Shown here in pieces: positions 1 to 11,008 of a stretch of DNA of 64,000 nt (positions are counted from its first letter, which is position 1; each line of letters begins with the position of its first letter). The translations under genes were made by a program, and so were the position numbers. The DNA is from an uncultured Actinomycetota bacterium. Its GTDB lineage: Bacteria > Actinomycetota > Actinomycetes > JAHEKZ01. The notes beneath the pieces were generated by a model. It was given only the letters and a program-made list of their open reading frames with translations. It was not told the origin of the DNA and did no database searches. The DNA is taken from NCBI GenBank assembly GCA_963829525.1, contig CAWHIJ010000003.1:480001-544000 (forward strand). The letters are read 5' to 3'.

Positions 1-935
1 GACTGGCTGCTCTGACCAGGGGCACCGAGCTGGTCGCCACTGGAATCGCGGACATGAAGGGCCCGACACCACCGCGTCTGCACCTCGAGCTGGTGAGCGC
101 CAAGCTGCTGCTTCCTGGCGCCCACGACGATGATCTCAGCTTGGCCGCGCGCCTCGACCGAATCGAGCGACGCCTGGCCATTGCCGGTACGTCGGAGGCA
201 TCGGACGCCCCTCGGCGGGGACCAAGGCCGACACCATCGACATCCGGTGCCCCTCGCGCATCAGCTGGCGACACATCGACCCCGGCACCTCCGCCGCCCG
301 CCCCGCAGCCGACGCCACCCGACCTTGCTTCGGAGGCACAAGCTGAGGTCAGAGCGCCGGCCGCCGATGGGACTGCCCAACCAGCCGGAGGGCACGCGAC
401 GACACCGGCTTCAGGAGGCTCAGAGGTCCACGAGCTCCGCCGCATGTGGCCGAACGTGCTCAACCGGGTCAAGGACTACCGCCGAGTCACGTGGGCCCAG
501 CTCTTCGAGAAGTCGGACGTGCTTGGAGTCGACGACAAGCAGCTGCAGATCGGTTTGCAGGACGTCGGGGCGCATCGGGCGTTCTCGCAGGGCGGCCACG
601 ATGAGATCGTCCGACAGGCACTGATCGATGTGGTGGGGCTCGACCTCACGGTGGTCGCTGTCCTTGATCCTTCCGTCTCGGGATCGGCTCCCACCCCTGG
701 ACCGGCGGCTGCGATGCCAGCCCCGGCAAGCGCCCCACCTGCGGCAGCGGCCCAAGCCCGCGCAGCCGCAGCAGCCGTCGACGGTCCGGTGGTGGGCAAA
801 GAACGGGGCTCCGACGTCGACGACGCCGAGGTCGCACTCGACGACGCCGATGCCGAGGACGATGGGCTGGCCGGTCCAGAACTGATCGCCCAGCAGCTCG
901 GTGGCACCGTGATCGGCGAGATCGACCACGCCTGA
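1..935 (+). CDS. dnaX: DNA polymerase III subunit gamma/tau, 3' part (runs in from the window edge)
   Basis: Frame is open from base 3. PRLHLEL motif, Pro/Ala-rich linker and actinobacterial C-terminus (LGGTVIGEI). Lies directly upstream of ybaB-recR. Confidence 0.9.
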   Translation, partial: LAALTRGTELVATGIADMKGPTPPRLHLELVSAKLLLPGAHDDDLSLAARLDRIERRLAIAGTSEASDAPRRGPRPTPSTSGAPRASAGDTSTPAPPPPAPQPTPPDLASEAQAEVRAPAADGTAQPAGGHATTPASGGSEVHELRRMWPNVLNRVKDYRRVTWAQLFEKSDVLGVDDKQLQIGLQDVGAHRAFSQGGHDEIVRQALIDVVGLDLTVVAVLDPSVSGSAPTPGPAAAMPAPASAPPAAAAQARAAAAAVDGPVVGKERGSDVDDAEVALDDADAEDDGLAGPELIAQQLGGTVIGEIDHA

Positions 936-1011
936 CCCGGCGCCGCGTGCTGGCGCCGACCATGGTCGGTCGCTCCCCGTACAGTGGACGCAGGCGATGA
1001 CAGGAGCGATC

Positions 1012-1344
1012 ATGACCGAAGGTATGCCGGATCTCTCCGGGCTGTTGGCACAGGCTCAGCAGATGCAGGCTCAGTTGGCTGCGACGCAAGAGCAGCTCGC
1101 CCAGGAGCGCATCACCGGAAAGGCCGGCGGCGGCCTCGTTGCGGCCACGGTGACCGGTGCCGGAGAACTCGTCGGACTCTCGATCGCCTCTGAAGTTGCC
1201 GATCCCGACGACACCGAGACACTTGCCGATCTCGTTCTGGCCGCTTACCGCGATGCCTCGAACCAGGTGGCCGCCAAGCAGCAGCAAGCCATGGGCCCGC
1301 TGGCTCAGGGGCTCGGTGGCCTTGGTCTGGCGGGCAGTGGCTGA
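1012..1344 (+). CDS. ybaB: YbaB/EbfC nucleoid-associated protein
   Basis: QAQQMQ...GKAGGGLV...[15 protein letters not shown]; synteny with dnaX and recR. Confidence 0.93.
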   Translation: MTEGMPDLSGLLAQAQQMQAQLAATQEQLAQERITGKAGGGLVAATVTGAGELVGLSIASEVADPDDTETLADLVLAAYRDASNQVAAKQQQAMGPLAQGLGGLGLAGSG

Positions 1345-1943
1345 TGTACGAAGGCATCGTCCAAGACCTGATCGACGAGCTCGGCAGACTCCCCGGCGTC
1401 GGTCCAAAGTCTGCCCAGCGCATTGCCTTCCACCTGCTCGCTGCTGAGCCAGAAGACGTTCGTCGGTTGGCGGAGGTACTCCTTGAGGTAAAGGCCAAGG
1501 TGCGCTTCTGTCGAGTCTGCGGCAACGTCGCCGAGTCAGAGGAATGCCGCATCTGCCAAGATCCGCGCCGCGACCTGTCCGTCATCTGCGTGGTCGAGGA
1601 GTCCAAAGACGTCGTCGCCGTCGAAAGGACGCGCGAGTTCCGTGGCCGCTATCACGTCCTTGGTGGCGCGATCAGCCCGATCGAGGGCATTGGCCCCGAC
1701 GACCTCCGCGTCAAAGAGCTCATGGTCCGCCTTGCTGACGGAACGGTCACCGAGCTGATCTTGGCCACCGACCCCAACCTCGAGGGTGAGGCTACGGCCA
1801 CCTACCTGGCCCGACTGGTCAAGCCGATGGGGTTGACTGTCTCGCGTCTGGCCAGTGGACTTCCGGTAGGGGGAGACCTCGAGTACGCCGACGAGGTCAC
1901 CCTTGGGCGTGCCTTCGAGGGACGACGCAGCCTCGAGGTGTAG
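1344..1943 (+). CDS. recR: Recombination mediator RecR
   Basis: [15 protein letters not shown] HhH motif, C4 zinc finger, Toprim motifs ([14 protein letters not shown]). Confidence 0.98.
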   Translation: MYEGIVQDLIDELGRLPGVGPKSAQRIAFHLLAAEPEDVRRLAEVLLEVKAKVRFCRVCGNVAESEECRICQDPRRDLSVICVVEESKDVVAVERTREFRGRYHVLGGAISPIEGIGPDDLRVKELMVRLADGTVTELILATDPNLEGEATATYLARLVKPMGLTVSRLASGLPVGGDLEYADEVTLGRAFEGRRSLEV

Positions 1944-1990
1944 ACAAGGATGTCGGGCATCGCAGTGAGCGCCCACGAGCAGCGAGGTGA

Positions 1991-2542
1991 GTGGTGACAG
2001 CAGCGTCAGGAAAGCACCTTTCGGACGAGGTTGATGAGTTCACTGTCGACGTCGCCGATCAGATCGAGAGCTTCCTGATCGCCCTCGGCGCGGTGGCCCG
2101 TGGCGACTTCCCCGGCGGCACCCTGTCGATTCTTCTGTTGGAGGTCTCACAGCTCCTCCTGGCGGGTGGACGGCTGGGAGCGGTCGTCGATGTCGTCCCG
2201 ACTGAGCGATACGAACCCGACGCCGGTGTCGACCCCGACGCCGATGGTCTTCGCGAGCGGCTCGCAGAGTTACTCGGACCTGCCGACGAGTACGTCGAGG
2301 TGTTCGACCCTTACATCCGTGACGGCGAGATCGTGCACTCACGACTTTCCGATGATATCTCCGATGTGGCTGCCGATCTGTACCACGGATTGGCGCACTT
2401 CAAGGCGGGCCGTGCAGACGAAGCCCTGTGGTGGTGGCAGTACTCCTACCTGGCGAACTGGGGATCGACCGCCAGCTCTGCGCTCCGCGCCTTGCATTCG
2501 GCGGTTGCGCACACCCGCCTCGCACCTTCCGCGGAAGCCTAG
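1991..2542 (+). CDS. DUF5063-like conserved actinobacterial protein
   Basis: Y.EVFDPY and EALWWWQYSYLANWG motifs; this family usually follows recR. Confidence 0.8.
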   Translation: MVTAASGKHLSDEVDEFTVDVADQIESFLIALGAVARGDFPGGTLSILLLEVSQLLLAGGRLGAVVDVVPTERYEPDAGVDPDADGLRERLAELLGPADEYVEVFDPYIRDGEIVHSRLSDDISDVAADLYHGLAHFKAGRADEALWWWQYSYLANWGSTASSALRALHSAVAHTRLAPSAEA

Positions 2543-3277
2543 CCTCCGGCAGGCAATGGGGTCGGTCGCACCGGTGGGCGGAACAGCGCCTTCCCGCGGA
2601 GATTCTTGACCTCACGCAGTTCGAGGTTCCCGCTGGGGAAAACCGCGCGTGCCAGTAGACCGATCGTCGGAGCCGGTCTCGAGAGGTAGCAGTACGTTCC
2701 GCTGTCGACGTCCTTGCCCTTGACGACGAAACACTCCGACGGGCCGAGACCATGGGGCGCTCGCCAGGTGCCGGCGCGTTTGACCGTCAGTTGCCGGCCC
2801 CCGGCCGAGATCGTCCGGGTGGCGCCGAAAAAGAGACGCTGTACCTCGGGGTCGAACAGGTCAGGCAACCCCTTCGGAGACCTCGCCACGAGGAAGCACG
2901 ACTTGTCGGCGCGCCCCGTCTTTGGCCGAACAATCTGGCAAGAGACGACGCCGCGACTTCCGTAGACCAGAGTTGCGGTGCTGCGTCCCTGCGTCACGTC
3001 TAGACGGAAACGGTCGCCTTTGACCCGCATGCGGATACGCGCGTCTGGACGTGGGCCCTTGCTGACGAGGCGATACAGTGGCGTCAAACTGTTCGGGTCG
3101 AAGCGCAGTGAGCTGCTGTGCCCGCTCGCCCGCTGTCAGCGGCTCGGGGGAGGGGATCGGCTCTGTCGTGCGGCTCGGTGAGGTGGTGGGAGCAGCCTGC
3201 TCCGGCTCGGATCCGGTGCATCCGGTCAACCCGAGCGCGCTGACCAGCACGAATGCGGTCATCGCTCGGATCAGCAT
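2539..3277 (-). pseudogene. Putative lipoprotein split by a +1 frameshift near 3078 (possibly a sequencing error)
   Basis: Lipobox LTGC in ORF 2861-3280. Protein-like sequence continues in the 2539-3087 frame (YRLVSKGP...) after one extra base in gccactgtat. Confidence 0.6.
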
Positions 3278-3399
3278 CACCCCACTGTACGAGGATGCGT
3301 GGCCGGGCTGGGCCGTGCCGTCCGAGGGCTCGGCCCAGGGCCCTCGGTAGACTTTCCGGGCCGGTGCCTCGAGTGTCGGGAACGGGAAAGGATCGTGTC

Positions 3400-4682
<1,283 letters not shown>

Positions 4683-4686
<4 letters not shown>

Positions 4687-5738
4687 GCAAGCCAACTCTT
4701 GCTGTTGTCGGTGCGACCGGCGCCGTCGGGACGGTCATGCTCGACATCCTCAGTTCCCGCGAGGACGTCTGGGGCGAGATTCGGTTGGTTGCCTCGGCGC
4801 GCTCCGCGGGCAGGGTGTTGCAGGTGCGTGGCGAGGACGTTGTCGTCCGGGCACTCTCAGCCGAGGTCTTCGACGGCGTGGACGTGGCCATGTTCGACGT
4901 CCCCGACGAGGTGTCAGGGGAGTGGGCGCCCATCGCAGCAGCTCGCGGAGCAGTGGCCGTCGACAACTCCGGTGCCTTCCGGATGGACCCAGATGTTCCG
5001 CTAGTGGTACCTGAGGTGAACGCGGCTGCGGCGCTGGTGCGTCCGAAGGGAATCATCAGCAACCCGAACTGCACCACGTTGTCGATGATCGTGGCGATGG
5101 GAGCGCTACACCGCGAGTACGGCCTTGTTGAACTGGTCGTCGCGTCCTACCAGGCGGCGTCCGGCGCTGGTCAGGAAGGTATCGACACCCTTCGTGAGCA
5201 GTACGCCAAGGTTGCTGCCTCACCAGATGCTGGAAATCGGGCAGGCGACCTGCGGGGAATCGTCGGTGGCACCGGACCGTTCCCGGCACCGCTTGCCATG
5301 AACGTCGTCCCGTGGGCCGGCTCGTTGAAGGACGACGGCTGGAGCAGCGAAGAGCTCAAGGTGCGGAACGAGTCGCGCAAGATCCTCGGGATCAAAGACC
5401 TCCGGGTCTCGGCCACCTGCGTGCGTGTGCCGGTCATCACCACGCACTCACTCGCGGTGCATGCGCGCTTTGACCGAGAGGTCGACCAGGTACGGGCGCA
5501 GGACATCTTGCGAGAGGCTGAAGGCGTCGTGCTGCTCGACGACCCGGCAGCCGGCGAGTTTCCGACACCGAATGACGTGGTCGGCACTGACCCGACCTGG
5601 GTCGGGCGTGTCCGGCGATCGATCGACGATCCGCATGCGCTCGATCTCTTCGTCTGCGGCGACAACTTGCGTAAAGGAGCAGCCCTCAACACGGCGCAGA
5701 TCGCCGAGGTCGTGGCGCGCGAGCTCAGCACCCCCTAG
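4683..5738 (+). CDS. asd: Aspartate-semialdehyde dehydrogenase
   Basis: [25 protein letters not shown]; overlaps ask. Confidence 0.98.
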
Positions 5739-5786
5739 AGCTAATCTCGGTCGCGCTCGGCGAGGGACTGCGTCTACGGTGACGCG

Positions 5787-6461
5787 GTGATCGCTGCTCC
5801 CCGCTTGCTCAGCGTGAATCTCGCCGTGGTTCGCGACAACCCTTTCAAAGAGGCGGCCCGAACCGGCATCGACAAGCAGGCGACGGACGGGCCCGTGACA
5901 GTCAGGGCGCCAGGGAGCAAGGCTCATGGCCTTGGCAGTGGGCTCGTCGGTGACTTCATTGGCGACCGTCGTAACCATGGTGGCGACGACCAGGCGGTTT
6001 ACGCATACGCGGTGGAGGATCTGCGGTGGTGGACTGACCAGCTAGGTACGACGCTCGGGGCTGGACAGTTCGGTGAGAACCTCACGACGGAAGCTCTTGC
6101 TGTCAATGACGCTCGCATCGGAGAACGCTGGAGACTGGGCGAGAACGTCGAGCTGCAGGTCTCGGAGCCGCGTATCCCGTGTGGCACGTTTCGCGGATGG
6201 ATGAATCGGCCGGGCTGGCTCAAGACCTTCACCGCCGCCGCTCGGCCCGGTGCCTATCTTCGGGTGTTGACTCCCGGGGTGGTGCAAAGCGGTGACCTGG
6301 TTGAGATCACGCACGTCCCCGCACACGACGTCACGGTGGCTATGGTCTTTCGAGCTCTGACGACTGAGCCGTCCTTGTTGCCAAGAATTCTAGAGTCGCC
6401 GGACCTAGCAGACGAGACGCGTGAGATGGCCGAATCGGGCCGAACCTTCCACCTTGGATGA
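5787..6461 (+). CDS. MOSC domain protein (YiiM-like)
   Basis: TGIDK, HGGDDQAVYAY, FGENLT, EPRIPC and RPGAYLRV motifs. Confidence 0.9.
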   Translation: MIAAPRLLSVNLAVVRDNPFKEAARTGIDKQATDGPVTVRAPGSKAHGLGSGLVGDFIGDRRNHGGDDQAVYAYAVEDLRWWTDQLGTTLGAGQFGENLTTEALAVNDARIGERWRLGENVELQVSEPRIPCGTFRGWMNRPGWLKTFTAAARPGAYLRVLTPGVVQSGDLVEITHVPAHDVTVAMVFRALTTEPSLLPRILESPDLADETREMAESGRTFHLG

Positions 6462-6483
6462 GCTCTGGGTGCACTCGGCCGGA

Positions 6484-6517
6484 TTGAGGGTGGAGCCAGA
6501 TCCGGCCCCACCCTCAT
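6484..6517 (-). terminator. Hairpin just outside the distal att site, probably the original tRNA-Pro terminator
   Basis: GAGGGTGG.GCC...GGC.CCACCCTC inverted repeat between the MOSC stop and the duplicated tRNA 3' end. Confidence 0.6.
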
Positions 6518-6522
6518 CACAC

Positions 6523-6547
6523 GGCGTCGGGGTGGCGGGATTCGAAC
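6523..6547. repeat. Distal att site: 25-bp duplicate of the tRNA-Pro 3' end
   Basis: GGCGTCGGGGTGGCGGGATTCGAAC is identical at 6523-6547 and 18130-18154. Confidence 0.95.
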
Positions 6548-6663
6548 TCCGAAAAGCGTGTTCGGCGGGGGTCGCCAGCGTTCTGGGATATTGCATCGTC
6601 GCAGGTGAGCGACGTGTGGAGTTCGCGCGGCCTCGGAGCGGTTCACCGAAATCCGATGCTCCC

Positions 6664-6684
6664 GTGACCACTTCTGTGACCACT
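6664..6684. promoter_or_regulatory. Putative integrase arm-type sites, left end (GTGACCACT x2, 12-bp period)
   Basis: The same motif and period recur at the other element end (18043-18065). Confidence 0.7.
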
Positions 6685-6791
6685 CGAGGCCGCGAATCTG
6701 CTGGTTGACGTCGGCTGTGAGGCGCCGCCCTGGCTGCCCTGTGGGTCCGGGATTGAGCAAGTCTCAGATCGAAGGCGAGACGCATTACGAG

Positions 6792-7102
6792 GCCGCTGCG
6801 GAGGTTCCACCGAGGTTCATGCTCGGCCGTCGCCGACAGAGGTCAGTGGCATACGGAACAGTCGCGGATTTGCCCGACACGACATCAACTGAGACCACAA
6901 CTGAGACCACGATTTCAAGCGTGGAACTCCATTAGATCTCCAAGCTAACCCACTCGCTTACCTCGCCATACCACCGAGACGTGATGCACCTGATGAACCT
7001 GCTTTCCGACTGCCAACCCGTCGCAGCACAGCTCCTCATGACGCATCTCACGCACGACAATGCGCCTCGGGGGTTGATTGATAAGGCTGTGAAACGTCCG
7101 CG
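6792..7102. repeat. ~310-bp non-coding dispersed repeat, copy 1 (att-arm-like)
   Basis: Aligns by eye end to end with 10911-11219; contains AACTGAGACCAC x2 at 6887-6910. Confidence 0.92.
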
Positions 7103-7465
7103 GTCCTGACGTTCCGTCCGATGTTCGTGGGCGCAAGTCGCCGGGCGCTGAAGGTGACGCGTCCAGATCCCCCATACCGAGACTCGGGATATGGGAGTGT
7201 CCCCGAACCCGGACAGATCTGGGGGGGGAGTATCGACCGAGGGGGGCAGCGCTTGCTACATCTTCGCCGACTGCCTCGCTGCTGCGAATGAGCCGGAGGG
7301 GAGCACGAACCAGCGTTGAGGCTGCCGATTGAAGCGCGGCCCCCCGGGGGGTAATGCGCCGTCCGTCTAAGAGCCCGGCAGTGCAACCGCGGGGCGCCCC
7401 GGCGGCGGTCGGCGCGTGCGTGAGGAGTCGGTTGCCACGCGATATTTCGAGTGGTTCAACGCGGT

Positions 7466-7732
7466 CTACGACTGGGAGAGCGCGGGCCCGATGACGGTCA
7501 TGATCTCGCGATCGTATGTAGTGCTGAGGGCTACGTAACCTACACCCTCTACGGAGACGGTCATCCCCTTGTGCGCGGAGGTCACGCCGTCCACCCACGC
7601 GCGTTGTGCCTCGGGCGAGGAAAAGGTCCGCAGCATGACTGGCGCGCTGTGTTCCGGGGTGCCAAAGTCGGTGACGTTGTCTACAAACCAGACCGAAGCC
7701 CAGTGTTCGGAGTACGCGTCAAGCACTGCCAT
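7466..7732 (-). CDS. Hypothetical protein, 88 aa (element cargo, possibly a fragment)
   Basis: Most protein-like ORF in this interval; no recognisable motif. Confidence 0.4.
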   Translation of the reverse strand: MAVLDAYSEHWASVWFVDNVTDFGTPEHSAPVMLRTFSSPEAQRAWVDGVTSAHKGMTVSVEGVGYVALSTTYDREIMTVIGPALSQS

Positions 7733-8019
7733 TAGGCCTCGACCTGCGGGCCCTGCCAGAGAGCAGGGAGTCTTTCATGGCTCTGCGAGGCGATCCACCA
7801 GGACGGACCGATGGCCCACTGCGACCACGATCTACCGCTGTCCGAAGGCTGCATCTCCTGCCAGATAGCGGGGGAACCGGTCATTGACGACAACTAGCCA
7901 TCGAGAACAGCCTTGTGCACTGTCTGAGTACGGCTCTTGTCGACACCACCCATATCCTTGACAGCGGCTTCACCCACTGATTTAGTGGCCTGCCCGTTTT
8001 GATCCGAGACTGGGGTTCC

Positions 8020-9324
8020 GTGAAACTGAGCCAAAAACTGGCGATGCCATGCCTGGCGGTGGGAGCAGTCGCCGCAGTTGCCGTATTCGGAACGACCGCA
8101 CCCGCGGCGGTGGCCGATGATTCCTCCACGCAAGCGGTCGACGCCGGTTCCGTCGAGGTCATCGAACCTGACCCAGTTGACCTTGTTCCTGAGGACCTGG
8201 CGGGGACCGCCGGGCACGCGGCCTGGCTTGTTGAGACGTACCCGCAAGACTTCGGTGGCAGTTGGTATGACGAGGCAAGGGGTTTGGTGGTCGTTCAGGT
8301 GGTTTCGTCCCAGGGACGTGAAATAGCCACGGAAATGCTTCCCATGGGTTCGATTGATATTACGGAAGTGCAGTTCTCGGCGAAGGACCTTGAAGACCAG
8401 ATCCAAGCGATTGCGACAGACCCAAACCTTGCGCCGATCGTCAACGTCGCGAGTGCCGACTACGAAAACAACAGCGTCCGCGTGGACATGGAATCTATGT
8501 CTGCGTCAAGCGCAGAAGACCTTGATGCAAGCGGGGACATCGACATCGAAGTCGACATCACTGATGCACTGAACGTTGTTAAGACCGACACTCGCGATGA
8601 CGATTCCGGCCCCGGCCATGCTGGTGGCATGCGCTATTACGCGCGAAAGCCCGACACGCAGGATTGGGGAAGCTGCACCGCGGGCTGGAGCTGGCAATGG
8701 GCGGGCGGCGATTACATGTTGACCGCTGGACACTGCTTTCCGCAGCACACTGATCGGACCCAGGCATGGACGAAACTGGGAGGCGATTGGGACGAGCGTT
8801 TTGGCGGCTGGCCCGGATACACGTCGGTCAATGACAGTGGGTATGACTCGATCAAGTTCTCAGACGACGAGTACCACGGTGACGTGAGCCTCATCAGTAT
8901 GACGGGCAGCAACAACGCCAACGCCAATATGTGGACCGGAGGTGTGGCCTCATCGGACAAACTTGACGTTACCCAATGGAGTGCGCCATTCGTGGGGCAG
9001 GGCCTGTGCGTATCTGGCGCGTATACGGGCAAGACATGTGGTTTTGTGGTGTCGCGGACCAACACACACATTCACCTCGACGCGGCGCCGTCAAGATGGG
9101 ATTCGTGGGAGTCGGTTGACGTCGCACTTCACGGCAACGATTGCCTCGCGCATGGTGACTCGGGTGGATCGGTCTATGACCCGATCGCTGGGACCAACAA
9201 TGTTCGTGCCGTGGGAGTGGTTAACTCGGCGACGACTAGTGGCTCCTGCGGCGATGCCGCCCTAGTCTTCACAGGTACAGAGGAGGCCGGACAGGCCTTT
9301 GGGGGTGCGGTGAAAACCCAATGA
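8020..9324 (+). CDS. Secreted S1 (alpha-lytic/streptogrisin-like) serine protease with pro-region
   Basis: Signal peptide, acidic pro-domain and catalytic motifs LTAGHC, DVSLI, GDSGGS. Confidence 0.88.
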   Translation: MKLSQKLAMPCLAVGAVAAVAVFGTTAPAAVADDSSTQAVDAGSVEVIEPDPVDLVPEDLAGTAGHAAWLVETYPQDFGGSWYDEARGLVVVQVVSSQGREIATEMLPMGSIDITEVQFSAKDLEDQIQAIATDPNLAPIVNVASADYENNSVRVDMESMSASSAEDLDASGDIDIEVDITDALNVVKTDTRDDDSGPGHAGGMRYYARKPDTQDWGSCTAGWSWQWAGGDYMLTAGHCFPQHTDRTQAWTKLGGDWDERFGGWPGYTSVNDSGYDSIKFSDDEYHGDVSLISMTGSNNANANMWTGGVASSDKLDVTQWSAPFVGQGLCVSGAYTGKTCGFVVSRTNTHIHLDAAPSRWDSWESVDVALHGNDCLAHGDSGGSVYDPIAGTNNVRAVGVVNSATTSGSCGDAALVFTGTEEAGQAFGGAVKTQ

Positions 9325-9677
9325 CGCCGACGGAGTGGCAGACCAGCGAGGCACGTCGATCCGAAGGGGATCGGGTTACACGCCTTCATCTCGTTGGCCT
9401 GCTCATCCTTGTCGTCGGGTTAGGTCTGGCATGGTGGAAGTTCGATTCGCCGTCGTGCACTCACGGGGTCACCCTTGCGCGACTGGCCGCGGGAGCGCTC
9501 ATAGTGGTCGCCATCGCGGGACTCGGTTTCGTCTTGGCGGGAGCGCGAAGGCTTGAGTCGGGCAGAGTATGGATCGTGCTTGCAGGCGTGCTGCTAGCGG
9601 CACCGACGTTGTTTGTCGGCTTGTATGACCTACGGGAAGCATTCCGGTTGGCCGCGTGTATGACCCAACTTCTGTGA
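9321..9677 (+). CDS. Small membrane protein (~3 TM), translationally coupled to the protease
   Basis: ATGA overlap with the protease stop; three hydrophobic stretches. Confidence 0.6.
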   Translation: MTPTEWQTSEARRSEGDRVTRLHLVGLLILVVGLGLAWWKFDSPSCTHGVTLARLAAGALIVVAIAGLGFVLAGARRLESGRVWIVLAGVLLAAPTLFVGLYDLREAFRLAACMTQLL

Positions 9678-9841
9678 ACGTGCTCGGCGCTTCGCGTCCG
9701 AGCGGCCGCTTTGGCCAAGTATGTGCTTCAGAGGAGTCGGCTGGCGCGCTGTCGTCCGATCGCCGTGCGGTTTCATGCGGCGAGCCGTGAGGTCGGCTAG
9801 TCCGCGCACGTGACGCGCGCGTTGGTTGGCGCATCGTTCCG

Positions 9842-11008
9842 GCACGCGGCTATTGCGCTATGCACTACACACGATGGCGTCTTCACGGTGATCCCCTAGT
9901 CGTACTTAGGGCCAACAAGCAACCGGACGGTGCGGTGTGCCAAGTCGATAGTTGCGACCGGCCTGCGCAATCGCGCGGTTACTGCGGCATGCACTACGCA
10001 AGATGGCGCAAACATGGCGACCCCCTGCTCGGTGGAAGAGCTAGGCGATCAGATGCCACGGCTTGTTACGTAGAGGGCTGCAACCGGCCACAGAAGAGCC
10101 AGGGCTACTCCGGCATGCACTACAAGCGATGGCTAAAGCACGGCGACCCGCTCGTGGAGAGGACTCGCTACATCGCAGCCTCCGTGTGCAGTGTCAATGG
10201 CTGCGACAGACTCCCAAAGTCGCGCGGCTACTGCGACAAGCACTATCGGCGGTGGCTTAAGTATGGAGATCCGCTGGACGGCAAGTCTTCGCATCGCACC
10301 TACACCAAGGATGCGGTATGCAGCGTCGATGGTTGCGACGCGTCCCCGAGCTCACTGGGCTTCTGCCGTCTGCACTACGAACGGTTCCGCAAGCACGGCG
10401 ATCCACTGGTCGTACTTAGCGGCGGACGGCGCCACAAACCTGGCGAAACTTGTGAAATCGAGGACTGCGACAAGCCCATCAGAAGTCGGGGCTACTGCCT
10501 CATGCACTACACCCGGTGGCGCCAACATGGTGACCCACTGGTGGTTCTCAAGGTGGCGAAGCGACCTGAAGGGTCCGTGTGTGCCGTCGAAGGATGTGCT
10601 GACGCTGTGGCCGCCGGAGACTTCTGCAATCGGCACTACTTGCGTTGGAGGAAGCACGGTGACCCTTTGGGCGGCAAACCTGGTCCGAGCGTTCTAAGGG
10701 CCTTGGATCACGAGGACGGGACCCGAACGTGCAGCGTCTGCGAGGAACGGAAGCCCCTGGATGCGTTCCCGAAGGACAGGGCCGGCTCGCGGAGTCGAAG
10801 GGCGTACTGCAAGGCTTGTCACGTCAAGAAGATGACGGTTCGGTACAACGAAGATCCCGAACGGTTTCGCGCCGCCGCGCAGAAGCGGCTAGAAGTCAAT
10901 GGCGAGGAACGCCGCTGCGGAGGTTCCACCGAGGTTCGTGCTCGACGGTTTGCGCAGGTCAATCGCATACGGGACAGTCGCGGAACTGCCCGACACGACA
11001 TGAACTGA
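9842..11008 (+). pseudogene. Tandem Cys3His zinc-finger-repeat protein (HNH/EndoVII-associated type), truncated at both ends
   Basis: Seven C-x4-C-x9-C-x2-HY-x-RW-x2-HGDPL units (the first partial, beginning in frame upstream of ATG 9860). A CxxC..CxxC finger follows; the ORF then runs into repeat copy 2 at 10911. Confidence 0.75.

Noticed and set aside
6523-6547. Second tRNA-Pro gene
   Set aside because: Only about 21 nt of the tRNA 3' end are present; it is an att duplicate.
6800-6826. tRNA 3'-end-like fragment (CCGAG-7nt-CTCGG-TGGAACCTCC on the minus strand) in the 310-bp repeat
   Set aside because: The loop lacks TTC, there is no 5' half, and it matches neither tRNA in the window. It is better explained as a GAGGTTC direct repeat plus a short hairpin.
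7072-7102. dif/Xer site or classical integron attC at the right end of the repeat
   Set aside because: No TTATGTCAA-like XerD arm, no RYYYAAC/GTTRRRY pair around a full palindrome, and nothing in the integrase suggests IntI.
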